Source: Barthelona sp. PAP020 (taxonomy: Eukaryota). Taken from it: a stretch of DNA of 52,243 nt. The notes beneath the pieces were generated by a model. It had not been told where the DNA came from. It ran no database searches and worked only from the letters and a program-made list of their open reading frames with translations. The DNA lies in NCBI GenBank assembly GCA_040182905.1, contig JARQWU010000006.1:1-52243 (forward strand). The letters run 5' to 3'. A program made the position numbers and the translations under genes. The stretch's first letter is position 1. Each line of letters starts with the position of its first letter. Shown here piece by piece: positions 9,723 through 20,072 of this stretch.

Positions 9723-10613
9723 ATGCGATCTTTCAACTTAAACAATGATGAATCTTCTTTAGTTATATATATTGATAAGGAATTCATTTTTGAATATGAT
9801 TTTAATTTTGTAATAATTTCAAATTCCAATGAATGTTTTAAATCCACCATTGATTTTGATAAATTATCAATAATAGAACCATTCAATACCATTCTAAATG
9901 TATTGCAATCATTTGATAATGAAGAAACAAATAATTCTTTTAATTTGCTTGATAATCAGTTCACTTTGACCTTTGAAATTGATACAGATGTATTTTATCC
10001 TTTGGTTTTTGAACTTTTTACTGTTGTTGAAGAAGAAAAAAATAGTATTGCTTTTAATCTTCTATTGCATTTTACAAAAGAAAACAATAATTTAAACAAA
10101 AGGGTTGGAAATTTAACGTCGGAAATTGATGAAATTTCAGTGATAAACATTGAATTACAGAAAAAGATAGTGCCTTTGGCAGATTATCGTAAACAATTTG
10201 AAGATTCAGTGTTATTGAAATGTTGTGCTTTATTGAATTCAAAGAAAGCCAGGATAATGCATTTAGAGAATGAATTGGAAAAATTAAAAGTTGACAGTGC
10301 TGGACATTATCAAAGAGACGCTGTTAAAGATGAAAATTTTGAAAATGTCAAAAATGTCTCATATGATTATGATGATGAAGAAACTGAAGATGAAGAAGAA
10401 GAAGAAGAAGAAGAAGAAGAAGATATATTTACTAAAATCTCAACCTCACATGAAAAATTGACCTCTCCAACACCCTCAGAAAATAAAAAAGCTCCCAAAA
10501 TTTCCCCTATGAAATGTTCAAATGAAGTTCAAATTGAAGCTAACACAGATGTAAACATGATGTTATCCAAAAGAAAAAGAAAAACCAAGAGAAATCGCAA
10601 TTCCAATTTATAA
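9723..10613 (+). CDS. XRCC4: XRCC4-like NHEJ DNA repair protein
   Basis: Beta-rich head, then coiled coil with FEDSVLLKCCALLNSKKARIMHLE, matching the XRCC4 ligase IV-binding segment (LYxxFxxVLNxKKxKIRxL). Acidic tail and basic NLS-like end. First ATG at 9723. Confidence 0.75.
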   Translation: MRSFNLNNDESSLVIYIDKEFIFEYDFNFVIISNSNECFKSTIDFDKLSIIEPFNTILNVLQSFDNEETNNSFNLLDNQFTLTFEIDTDVFYPLVFELFTVVEEEKNSIAFNLLLHFTKENNNLNKRVGNLTSEIDEISVINIELQKKIVPLADYRKQFEDSVLLKCCALLNSKKARIMHLENELEKLKVDSAGHYQRDAVKDENFENVKNVSYDYDDEETEDEEEEEEEEEEDIFTKISTSHEKLTSPTPSENKKAPKISPMKCSNEVQIEANTDVNMMLSKRKRKTKRNRNSNL

Positions 10614-10675
10614 ATATGAAATTTTTTGTTTTACATGAAAAAAAAAAAGAGAGCGAAACCATTAAATCCGAAACA

Positions 10676-11053
10676 TTAATTTTCTGCATTTTGTTGAACT
10701 CTTTGCAAATGGTCTTCAAGATCAGCTTTCTTTTTAAGATATTGAGCTTCTAAATTTTGTTTTCTCTTCATCAGATTTTCAAAGTCCTTTCCATTATTGA
10801 CAATAACATCTTCCAATTTTTGTTTGCAGTCTTTCATATTATCAATCACATACAATTTTCCAATAGGATGATATACAGTACGAGTGTCTTCAAGATCACC
10901 AACTTGTTGTAAAACTAAATCAGCCTTTTTGGCTTCAAATTGTTTTTTTCTAATGGTATATTGATTTTTTGTAATTTCTGCAGCAACTTCGTTAACTTCT
11001 TTAATTAATCTTTCTGATTCCTGTTGTTCAGGTGTTAATTTTTGATCAGACAT
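10676..11053 (-). CDS. PFDN1: Prefoldin beta-type subunit, most like subunit 1
   Basis: 125 aa with coil, hairpin (TRTVYHPIGKLYV) and coil. Confidence 0.75.
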   Translation of the reverse strand: MSDQKLTPEQQESERLIKEVNEVAAEITKNQYTIRKKQFEAKKADLVLQQVGDLEDTRTVYHPIGKLYVIDNMKDCKQKLEDVIVNNGKDFENLMKRKQNLEAQYLKKKADLEDHLQRVQQNAEN

Positions 11054-11160
11054 TGAAAAAAAAAATTATAAAAAAAAAAAAATTTCTTTTCAACAAAAAT
11101 TTATCATTCTTTATTTAAAGTCATTTGTTTCTGTTCATTTCAAGAATTTTATTTGAAAAA

Positions 11161-12330
11161 ATGCCAGCCAAAAAAAAAGACTCTGTTAGTGTAAGACCTA
11201 CATTGGGTAGGTTTAAAAATTCTCTTAGTTTGGGAATTGTTGGTTATCCTAACGTTGGAAAATCTACATTTTTCAATTTATTGACAAAACAAAACGTTCC
11301 AGCGGAAAATTACGAGTTTTGTACCCGTGATCCCAATCAAGCCTCTGCAATTATTGATGATCCTAGATTTGATTATTTGGTTGAATTATTCAAACCTAAA
11401 TCTAAAGTTCCTGCCCGTTTGGAAGTTTGGGATATTGCTGGTTTGATTCGTGGTGCATCTGAAGGTAGAGGATTAGGAAATCAATTTCTTTCACATATTA
11501 GAGCTGTTGATGGTATTTTTCATATGGTAAGAGTATTTTCTGATATTGATGTTGTTCATTCGGAAGGAGAAGTTGATCCTGTTCGTGACATGCAAGTTAT
11601 TACCGATGAATTGATGGCCAAAGATCTTAGTATGGTTTTAAATCATTTAGAAGGATTGACTCGTAAGATTAAAGCAAAAGAAAATAAAGATATTCAACAA
11701 GAATATAATACTCTAATGAAAGCAAAGGAATATTTGGAAGACAAAAAGCAAATACGTTTTTGTGATTGGGAAGATGAAGATATTCCTATCTTAAATCAAC
11801 ATATGTTATTAACAGCTAAACCTGTGATTTATCTTCTTAATATGAGTACTCGCGATCTTTTAAGAAAGAAAAATAAACATTTAAAGAGGATTGCACAGTG
11901 GGTTGCAGAAAACGGTGGTGAAAGGATTATTCCTTGGTCTGCTTCTTATGAACAAGAATTGGATAATTTACAGGATATGGCTGCTCAAAGAATTGAAGAA
12001 ACAGGTACAAATTCAGCATTAAATTCAATTGTTGAAAGTGGTTACAACACCATTGGTTTAATTCATTACTTTACTGCTGGAACTGATGAAGTTAAAGCTT
12101 GGACTATCAAAAATGGCTACACTGCACCACAAGCAGCTGGTGTTATTCATACTGATTTTGAGAAAGGTTTCATTTGTGCAGATGTGATGAAGTTTGATGA
12201 TTTGAAAGAACTTGGTTCAGAAAGAGCGGTTAAATCAGCAGGTAAGATGTCTCAACAAGGTAGAAACTATATTGTTGAAGATGGTGATATTTGTCATTTC
12301 AAATTCAATGTTTCTAAGTCTAAAAAGTGA
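11161..12330 (+). CDS. OLA1: Obg-like ATPase 1 (YchF family)
   Basis: GIVGYPNVGKST, DIAGL, GLGNQFLSHIRAVD, and TGS domain TAPQAAGVIHTDFEKGFI. ATG at 11161. Confidence 0.97.
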   Translation: MPAKKKDSVSVRPTLGRFKNSLSLGIVGYPNVGKSTFFNLLTKQNVPAENYEFCTRDPNQASAIIDDPRFDYLVELFKPKSKVPARLEVWDIAGLIRGASEGRGLGNQFLSHIRAVDGIFHMVRVFSDIDVVHSEGEVDPVRDMQVITDELMAKDLSMVLNHLEGLTRKIKAKENKDIQQEYNTLMKAKEYLEDKKQIRFCDWEDEDIPILNQHMLLTAKPVIYLLNMSTRDLLRKKNKHLKRIAQWVAENGGERIIPWSASYEQELDNLQDMAAQRIEETGTNSALNSIVESGYNTIGLIHYFTAGTDEVKAWTIKNGYTAPQAAGVIHTDFEKGFICADVMKFDDLKELGSERAVKSAGKMSQQGRNYIVEDGDICHFKFNVSKSKK

Positions 12331-12678
12331 ATGAATTAGTATTGTTGAACTTTTTCACCATTTTTTCGGTTTAAAACCTCCAATAAATTTTTGGCTTTTG
12401 ATTATTTTTCTGTGTGTTCAAAAATTTTGAAAAATGGTTCATCACTCTTTCAATATTTTGCCGAGAGTTTTGGAGTGGATTGAAGCATTTTGAAACTAGA
12501 AGACTCTGATCTCAACCTCTTTCCTTTCGGGATTTTTCTTTTCCGTACCTTTCATGAAAGAGAAATGTGATTGTACTGCAAATAAATTAGTTGATTGAAC
12601 ATTTTAAAAAATAAAAGAAATTTGTCAAAATAAACAATTCATTTATTCATTTTACTTCAATTGTGCTGAAGTCTATAT

Positions 12679-14361
12679 TTACTCTTCTTTCATTTCATTT
12701 TTGGTATCATTTGTCTCAACAGTTGAATATTTATTTTCACTGGGGTCTTGATTCATAACAGTTTTGTTGTCATTTTTGCTTTTGCTTTTTTTAACAATCT
12801 CTTCACTTAGACCCAACTCTTTGCTACCTTTATGGAAGAAACCTAAGATGACTGGAATCAATAAAACAATACCGTTCAATACTAAGCCATATTGGAATTT
12901 TAAAAATACACCAACAATAACTTCACTGAAAGGTTGCATACCTGCAGTGCACAAATGTATAAGATTCATTGTTTTTCCCAGATTTTTAGCTTCAGTTGTG
13001 AATTGTACCCATGTGACAAAATTAATGAAGAATATTCCATCTAAAACACCAGAAATTGCACATAAAATAAGACAAATCCACCATTTTTCAAGGAGAAATA
13101 CAAAAATGCTTGTAGAAACAGCTGCAACAAAAGTATCAATCATTAAAATTTTTGCCAAATGAGGTTTTTTAATCTGTGGAAGTGCAGTTGTGACCAAAGA
13201 TCCAAGAAAAGCAGCACCTCCATATCCAGCAACAATATAAGGATATGCTTTTGTTGATTTCCAAACATTTTTTGCATAATAAGGAATAGCTACATGTATC
13301 AAACCCAAGAAACAGAATCCGAAAAATGCAAAAGATATAAAGACAAACTGCAAAGGTTCGTTGTTTTGAAGAATTAAAAATTGATCTTTTAGACGGTCCC
13401 AAAGTGTCATCAAACGTTTATCAGAATTATCAGAAGTTTCCTGATCATTTCTTTCCTCAAGATTATCAGATTCTGCAACATCATTTGATTCACAGTTTTC
13501 CTCAGCATTCATGTCAGGACTGACACTGGAACTTAAAGTGGTGATAGGATTAACAATCATTTCTTCCATCTCCATGTTGGAAACGTCCACTTCAATCTCA
13601 TCAGAGCAAATAAAATCTTTGTTATCAACAGCTTCTTCATTGTTTTCTTCATCCTTCTTTTCTCTTTCAAAATCTTCTTTCAGTTCATTTATTTGTTTTT
13701 CGCTCAAAATTTTTACTACAACAAATGAAACAGTTGAAATTAAAAACGTAATCGCATCTAAAACGAAACAAAGGATAAGAACATTGTAATCTTTGGATTG
13801 AGGATCATCTTCTTGTCCCAATATTATTGAACCCAAAAGAGGTCCAACCAAAACAGCTAAGTGCATAACAGTATTGATAATTGCATTTGCAACATTATAA
13901 TTTGCTGGTGTACTTATAAATGGAACAATACTAGTGATGCTTGGCAAATATATGGCAGACATAATACCATAAATAAAAGTATAAACGCATAATAAAGGTA
14001 TGGTGATAGCTTTTTTGTATAGCAAAATAACCAAAATAGACGTTAAAAGGAATCGACTAAAACTGGAAATGAAAATTATTTTTTTTGGACCAGTTTCATC
14101 TGCAATACTACCACCAATAAGCATCATCAGCAAACGTGGAAATGATAAAAATGACAAAACTAGACTCAACGCCAAAGAATCATTGAACAATTTCAAAACC
14201 AACAACGGTAAAGCTAACAACGATAACATATCTCCAACAGAAGAAAATGTCTCGCTGATTAAAACCAATGAAAAATTGAAATTCCACAGTGAACTATATT
14301 CTTCTTTGAAATTATCTTTTGTTTCACCACTTTGATTCTTTGAATCAATGTTTTCTGTCAT
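12679..14361 (-). CDS. MFS transporter resembling the MefA/DHA3 (MFS_3) type, with a long acidic central loop
   Basis: About 12 hydrophobic segments. SSVGDMLSLLALPLLVL, LIGGSIADETGPK and CFVLDAITFLIS. Confidence 0.85.
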   Translation of the reverse strand: MTENIDSKNQSGETKDNFKEEYSSLWNFNFSLVLISETFSSVGDMLSLLALPLLVLKLFNDSLALSLVLSFLSFPRLLMMLIGGSIADETGPKKIIFISSFSRFLLTSILVILLYKKAITIPLLCVYTFIYGIMSAIYLPSITSIVPFISTPANYNVANAIINTVMHLAVLVGPLLGSIILGQEDDPQSKDYNVLILCFVLDAITFLISTVSFVVVKILSEKQINELKEDFEREKKDEENNEEAVDNKDFICSDEIEVDVSNMEMEEMIVNPITTLSSSVSPDMNAEENCESNDVAESDNLEERNDQETSDNSDKRLMTLWDRLKDQFLILQNNEPLQFVFISFAFFGFCFLGLIHVAIPYYAKNVWKSTKAYPYIVAGYGGAAFLGSLVTTALPQIKKPHLAKILMIDTFVAAVSTSIFVFLLEKWWICLILCAISGVLDGIFFINFVTWVQFTTEAKNLGKTMNLIHLCTAGMQPFSEVIVGVFLKFQYGLVLNGIVLLIPVILGFFHKGSKELGLSEEIVKKSKSKNDNKTVMNQDPSENKYSTVETNDTKNEMKEE

Positions 14362-14728
14362 TCAAATTTTCAAAAACAAAAAAAGCAAATGAGGCCTTTT
14401 CCCTTGGAATGGATGCAAGTTCCTAAAAAATCTATATTCGATTTTTTTTTTGTCGATTCTTCGAGTTGCTAGAACAAAACAGTTCCATCATTTCTCATAT
14501 TTTGTAAATAAATATCTCTTTTTAAATAATAATTTGATCATTTCGACTTATAAAAAAAAATCATTTTAACATAATCTTCTACCAGATTCAAAAGGAAGGC
14601 AATTATCGATTTATTTCATTTATTAAACAAACAAATATAAAATATTCCTTCTAAATTGATGAAAAATTTGCCATTTTACCAAATTTTGTTTTGTTAAAGT
14701 TTGATTTATGAGAAAATTATGATTGAAA

Positions 14729-14892
14729 GCGAATTCCAATAAAGAAATTCTTAAACAAAAATTACTTTTGCTAGCCTTGACGTATAATCAAGGTAGAATA
14801 AGGGCACGATCACATCGTAAGTGCAATGATGGAGTACCCCTACTAATTATCCGCGAAAATATCGACCGGGATAAAACAAAAAAGGTAAGTAA
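14729..14892 (-). ncRNA. U1: U1 spliceosomal snRNA (~163 nt)
   Basis: Minus strand: ACTTACCT at the 5' end (14890-14883), helix H TTTTGT/GCAAAA, SL1 TTATCC/GGATAA. SL2 has the U1A loop CATC-ATTGCACTTAC-GATG. SL3 CCTTGA/TCAAGG, Sm site AATTTTTG (14763-14756), SL4 GAATTTC/GGAATTC. Confidence 0.92.
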
Positions 14893-15030
14893 GGAAAAAT
14901 TTTTTTTGTGAATTTTTTTGAAAGTTTTTGAATTTTTTTTTTTTTTTGGTTTTCAAAACAGTTCTTTGTTTTTTTGAAAATCTTGGAGACACAAAAGAAA
15001 AATTGACAATAAATAAAACTTTTACGAAAA

Positions 15031-16539
15031 TTACAATGGAGGAAGCAACTTTTGAATTGGTGGGTATTTTTTCTCTGTGTCTCTTTTCATATCAAGAGTT
15101 TCCACAGTTTTTTTGATGAATTTTTCAATAAACCCAAAGTTTTTCTTATTTGTGTGATTGTGATTTGAAGATGAAGAACTGACAGAATTTTGAGAAATGC
15201 TTTGTTGTTTGTTTGTTTTGTGCAAATTTTTGATGTTCTTTGTTTTAACAATGGGGTCATTCAAAAGATTTTCCGCAACAGGCTCTTTTTTCAAAATATT
15301 TTGTGAATCAATTTTGGTTAGATTTTCTTTTTTTGAATGGCTTGTCTTTGGGGATTTGGACACTTTTTCAATTATTTCGTTTTGAACAATAAGTTGTGGA
15401 AATTTTGACTTTGTGCCAGCGTTTATAAACACAGATGACGTTTTATCCAACAATTGATTTCGTTCAATCATTTGTTCACCATATACCTCAATATCTATCT
15501 CCAAATCTTCAAGAGTTTGCTCACTAATTGGTGGAAGTAAAATGAAATGAAATTGAGGAGTTTGTTCTTCATCTTCCTTGGAACTATTAACTGTATGTGC
15601 AAATTCTTCAATTGCAAACAATTGGTCATATTCTTCCCAATAACAAATTCCCTTTCTGAATGATTTGGTAAAACAAACTTCACTAATATCAGATGGCAAA
15701 CTGCCAAATCTTAATAAAGACAGTTTTGTTGGTTGATACTTGTATAACGCTGCAATACAGTCAATGTCATTCTGTCTATCACTGATTCTTTTCTTAAATA
15801 CCACAACAATTTGATTATGCAACAAGTCAACCATCATTATTTCATCTCCCAAAATATCAATTTTCATTGAGTAGATTTGATTGTTACTAACAGAAAGGTA
15901 ATAAAATCTGCGTTCATTAAATATCAGTAGATTATTGTCTTTCAACAAGACCATACCTTCAATCAAATCATCATTGGGTAAATTTATCTGTTGTGCTTTG
16001 GATATTTGCGTGCCATCAATAGTAACTATTCGTTTAAAAAGCAACCCATTTTCAATGCTAAAGAACAGATTTTCAGAGTATTTACCAACATTATTGGTTC
16101 TTTCAATTGTAATAATATTGATGTCTTTTGGATTTTCCAACATTTTTTTCTGAATAACATCAAGTTTTTCATCATTAAGAAAAATCATGTTTCCATCACA
16201 AAAAATCACACAAAGGAAGGTTGATTGTGGGGAAAATAATAACTTTAACACAGATGCATTAGTAATTTTCGACAGGCTGACTGAATGTACCAAAGGAAAA
16301 ATAAAACTTTCCAAATCTTCCTCAATCACGAATAATAATTTATTAATCGTTAGAACAGCTAAATATCCATCTTGACAAATCGAAATTCTAATAATATTAT
16401 TGGGAAAAGCTGCAATCAAGTATATTTGTTCATCGTCTTTATTTTTTCCAAATACTATTGCAAAGAGATTATTATCTTTGAAACAATACATACATCGATT
16501 ATTATTCGGTGATAATAATATTCTTTGATTGAAGAACAT
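15031..16539 (-). CDS. Hypothetical protein; N-terminal ~310 aa may be a beta-propeller
   Basis: 502-aa ORF with short alternating beta-strand patterns and a low-complexity tail. No recognised motif. Confidence 0.65.
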   Translation of the reverse strand: MFFNQRILLSPNNNRCMYCFKDNNLFAIVFGKNKDDEQIYLIAAFPNNIIRISICQDGYLAVLTINKLLFVIEEDLESFIFPLVHSVSLSKITNASVLKLLFSPQSTFLCVIFCDGNMIFLNDEKLDVIQKKMLENPKDINIITIERTNNVGKYSENLFFSIENGLLFKRIVTIDGTQISKAQQINLPNDDLIEGMVLLKDNNLLIFNERRFYYLSVSNNQIYSMKIDILGDEIMMVDLLHNQIVVVFKKRISDRQNDIDCIAALYKYQPTKLSLLRFGSLPSDISEVCFTKSFRKGICYWEEYDQLFAIEEFAHTVNSSKEDEEQTPQFHFILLPPISEQTLEDLEIDIEVYGEQMIERNQLLDKTSSVFINAGTKSKFPQLIVQNEIIEKVSKSPKTSHSKKENLTKIDSQNILKKEPVAENLLNDPIVKTKNIKNLHKTNKQQSISQNSVSSSSSNHNHTNKKNFGFIEKFIKKTVETLDMKRDTEKKYPPIQKLLPPL

Positions 16540-16798
16540 GTCACATGAAAAAAAACAACAAGATTATGCATAAAAGCAAAAAATGGTTTTGTTTTTCGCA
16601 TGATTCTTGTATTCTTTGTAAATTAATCACATCTTATTCCAAATCAAGGAAGGAATATTTATATGGTTTTTTGAAAAAAAAAAATGATCTTGTCTATTTA
16701 CAAAAAAGCAGCTTATTTTAAATATAAACTTGAAAACATTGTACAAATTTCAATGAAAGGAAAAAAAACATAAAAAAAACACCCAACAAAAACTTTTT

Positions 16799-17761
16799 TC
16801 AATCACTTTCCTCTTTCTTCAAAATTTTACAAACTGAAGGACATCTGATTACTTCACTGTTCGCTCCAAATGTCATAGGAAATCTCAATTCACAATTCAA
16901 AGCATCAAACACCTTTTCGGACAACAATTTCGGCTGATCAATATAAGCATGAATTGAACCATCAATAATTGGAACTTTCTTATTTTGTTTGAGTGAATGT
17001 CTGTAATGTCTGGTCAAAACATCATGTTGTTCCTCTTTTGTAAAAATAATCTTAATTCGAGGACATCTTTCGGCGCAAAATCGATATTTTTCTTCATATC
17101 CATCCCATTCAAAATTTTCAATAATGTTGCGCAATGTAGACCAATATATATTTAAATTTCGCTGAGTAACAATCAAATCAAAATGAACTTCAAAATGTTC
17201 AATAACAATTTGACTGTATTTTTCTTGAAACTGCTGCAACATTTTCTCTCTAGTGCTCATACATTCACAAGGTAAAAATGACCAAAAATTTGGCAATATA
17301 GCAGCTCTTTCAATTGGATGTTGAAGTGACAATCCTTCTGGGGAAAAGAAAATCATAGATTCAATAGGTAAAATATCAAAATAATCATTGTAAATTGTTG
17401 CAGCTATCATAGCACCCATATCTTGGGCATAAAAATGAATTGTATAAGTTCCAATTTCATTTGAAATTAATAAATATCGATATAAATGCAACCAATATCT
17501 GGCAAAAACATGAGCATTTAAAGAAGAAGTGTCAACAAAATCACCAGAATTACCATGTCCAGGATAATCCCACAAAATAATTTGAAACTTTTCAGATAAT
17601 TTTAAAAATTCTTCAAGAAAATTACTATACATCATCATTTGAGAATTCCAGCCATTGAAGAAAAACATTGGTTCCAACTCGTTGTTTCCAATAACGCAAT
17701 ATGCGATTTCTACATTACGAATCTTAATCTTTTTCATCCCTTTTTGAAGATATCTCATCAT
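16799..17761 (-). CDS. Alpha/beta hydrolase, probably with an Asp nucleophile
   Basis: FFNGW oxyanion-loop region, WDYPGHGNS, elbow YAQDMGA and C-terminal His (GSIHAY). First ATG at 17761. Confidence 0.85.
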   Translation of the reverse strand: MMRYLQKGMKKIKIRNVEIAYCVIGNNELEPMFFFNGWNSQMMMYSNFLEEFLKLSEKFQIILWDYPGHGNSGDFVDTSSLNAHVFARYWLHLYRYLLISNEIGTYTIHFYAQDMGAMIAATIYNDYFDILPIESMIFFSPEGLSLQHPIERAAILPNFWSFLPCECMSTREKMLQQFQEKYSQIVIEHFEVHFDLIVTQRNLNIYWSTLRNIIENFEWDGYEEKYRFCAERCPRIKIIFTKEEQHDVLTRHYRHSLKQNKKVPIIDGSIHAYIDQPKLLSEKVFDALNCELRFPMTFGANSEVIRCPSVCKILKKEESD

Positions 17762-17821
17762 GGTGCAATACAAAAACGATAAAAAAAAAAATTGGATTAG
17801 TATCTCAAATCATTGACTTTC

Positions 17822-19759
17822 ATGAAATCTTACAAAAAATCTGCAAGTTCCATAATATTTTTTCCATATGGAATGTGCTGTTTGACAGCTTTGATTCTAT
17901 TAATACCAGGTACATTAAGTGTGTTATTTTTTCAAAATTTGCAGAATATTGATATTGGATATGATGATGGTCATGCTTTAAGCACTGAAACGAATTATAC
18001 TTTATTTTTGCACATTTCTGACTCACATATTTCTGTAGATCCTCAATATGCTTCACACCTTGAAATATTTGAAGATTTTGTGAATAAAATAATCCCCAAT
18101 GTTTTTAAGCACGCAGACTTTGTGGTTCATACAGGAGATTTGGCAAATAATGAATTTTTTCAGCCTATTAAACATTCTCAACCAACTCAAAATGAGTATA
18201 TACTTTACAATCAAACTGCCTTTAATTTTACAAAACCTTATTATGACATCAATGGAAATCATGATGCTTATGGAGTGACTGATTATGATGATCCTTCTAT
18301 TTCTTTTTATCGTCATTATGGATACAGGGCGCAGCAAACATCAATAGATATGCAAAGTCGAATGTACACATTCCGTCCCAATGAGGAGCTTGAATTAGTG
18401 TTTATGGATACAAGTCATCGTAACCCAGGATTAAATATGCCCATGGATTTTTATGGGGAAATTGATAATGAAAGGTTTTACTTTTTAAATTCTTTAGATA
18501 AAGATTTTAAAGGACAACGTTATTTAATGACTCACAATTCTCGTTCTTTTATGTGGGGTAGTTCACAAAAAAATGGTTTCTATAAGTTAGCAGACACTTT
18601 GTTTTCTTACAATTTTTATGGTCATTTACACACTTTTGATTGCATTTGGCGACAACCCGGATTATTAGAAGTGGAAGCACCGTCATTAACTTTCAATAAG
18701 GGGTTTAGAATCACTGCTTTTTCAAAAGGAATTACTGCTTCTGCTGAAGTGAAGATTGGAGAGTATCCTCATATTCTTTTATTGAATCCCAAAGACTCTC
18801 GAGATTTTTCTCCAAAAGATGAGTTGAATCATATGGTATATTCCACACATTTTCAAATTTTGGTTTTTTCAAATGTTACAATTAACGAAGTCAAAATTTA
18901 TGTTGATGATGTCATCATATCTTGTGATTATATTGACAGAAACTTGTGGGTTGCACCCAGTATTCCTTTTGAAAATATTAATGAATTGACCATATGTGCA
19001 ACAGACATTATTCAAAAACGTTGTGTTAAACATTTTGTGAATATTAGAGGAAAACCAGCTAAACTCAGTTGGTCATTTTGGAAATCTTTGGCTGTTTTCA
19101 ATACTGACTGGGTTTTATCAATATTAAGAATTTTAAGCAGTGCAACTGTATTGTATGTTACCCGTTTGTTAATTGAAAGAAAAATTCCAATTGCAGTGCG
19201 TATTTATATTGTTGTTTCTTCGATCGTTATGAGTGGTGGTTATGTTGCTGTTGGTCATGTTTCTGGTGAAGTGCTTGGTATTCATTTGCATTGGGGTCTT
19301 TATATTCCTTCTTTTCACAAATTTACAGATGGAATGTATTTGGTTATTCTTTCGTTTGTGTTGCAGTTGATAACATATTGTAGTTTTACTGTTAGCTTAG
19401 TTTGCCGTTTGACTCAGCAGGAAAATTTTGGGTTGTCAGTTTTTAAAAAACTTCAACCATTATTTTTGGATGTTGTTGGGGTTATTTCGTTAATTTATTT
19501 TATTCAACAATGGATATTATGGGGTTTGACATTGATTACCAGTGGTATTTTTTGGATCACACTTGTTAACTTTATTTTAAGATATTTACACGCATATGTT
19601 TGGAATGAGGAAAAATTTTCAATGTATGATAAGTTAACAAATAGCAATGAAAAGATAGTAGACAAAAACAATCAGTCTTTCGAAATGAATATTGTTGTTG
19701 AAAATTCGAAACTGAATGAAAAATCTCCATTGATTGAGCAGACCTATGAGATTTTGTAA
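17822..19759 (+). CDS. TMEM62: Calcineurin-like metallophosphoesterase with C-terminal TM domain (TMEM62-like)
   Basis: HISDSH, HTGDL, GNHD and GHLH motifs. N-terminal anchor and several C-terminal TM helices. Confidence 0.8.
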   Translation: MKSYKKSASSIIFFPYGMCCLTALILLIPGTLSVLFFQNLQNIDIGYDDGHALSTETNYTLFLHISDSHISVDPQYASHLEIFEDFVNKIIPNVFKHADFVVHTGDLANNEFFQPIKHSQPTQNEYILYNQTAFNFTKPYYDINGNHDAYGVTDYDDPSISFYRHYGYRAQQTSIDMQSRMYTFRPNEELELVFMDTSHRNPGLNMPMDFYGEIDNERFYFLNSLDKDFKGQRYLMTHNSRSFMWGSSQKNGFYKLADTLFSYNFYGHLHTFDCIWRQPGLLEVEAPSLTFNKGFRITAFSKGITASAEVKIGEYPHILLLNPKDSRDFSPKDELNHMVYSTHFQILVFSNVTINEVKIYVDDVIISCDYIDRNLWVAPSIPFENINELTICATDIIQKRCVKHFVNIRGKPAKLSWSFWKSLAVFNTDWVLSILRILSSATVLYVTRLLIERKIPIAVRIYIVVSSIVMSGGYVAVGHVSGEVLGIHLHWGLYIPSFHKFTDGMYLVILSFVLQLITYCSFTVSLVCRLTQQENFGLSVFKKLQPLFLDVVGVISLIYFIQQWILWGLTLITSGIFWITLVNFILRYLHAYVWNEEKFSMYDKLTNSNEKIVDKNNQSFEMNIVVENSKLNEKSPLIEQTYEIL

Positions 19760-20072
19760 ATATTTTTTCTTTTTCTTTTCCGCTTACATTAATTTTGGAC
19801 TGTTTTCCACGAATTAAATTCAACAATCAACTTCATTTTAAAGAATGAAAATTTGTCCTTCTAACACTTGAAGAATTTTCATCCTTTTTCTTTTTTGAGC
19901 AGAGTTTGATTAGATTCCACAATAGAAAAATGGATGTGGTTTTAGCTTTCTTGCAAATATGACAGATACTTTTGTTGCAAATGCAAAAAATAAAAAATAA
20001 AAATTTACTTACTTTACAATCTTAACAACACAAAAAACATGAAAAACGATCAATGTTTTATAAGAACAGAAT

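Noticed and set aside
14723..15116. ORFs 14723-14911 and 14928-15116
   Set aside because: The first is antisense to the U1 snRNA. The second is T-rich intergenic DNA plus antisense overlap.
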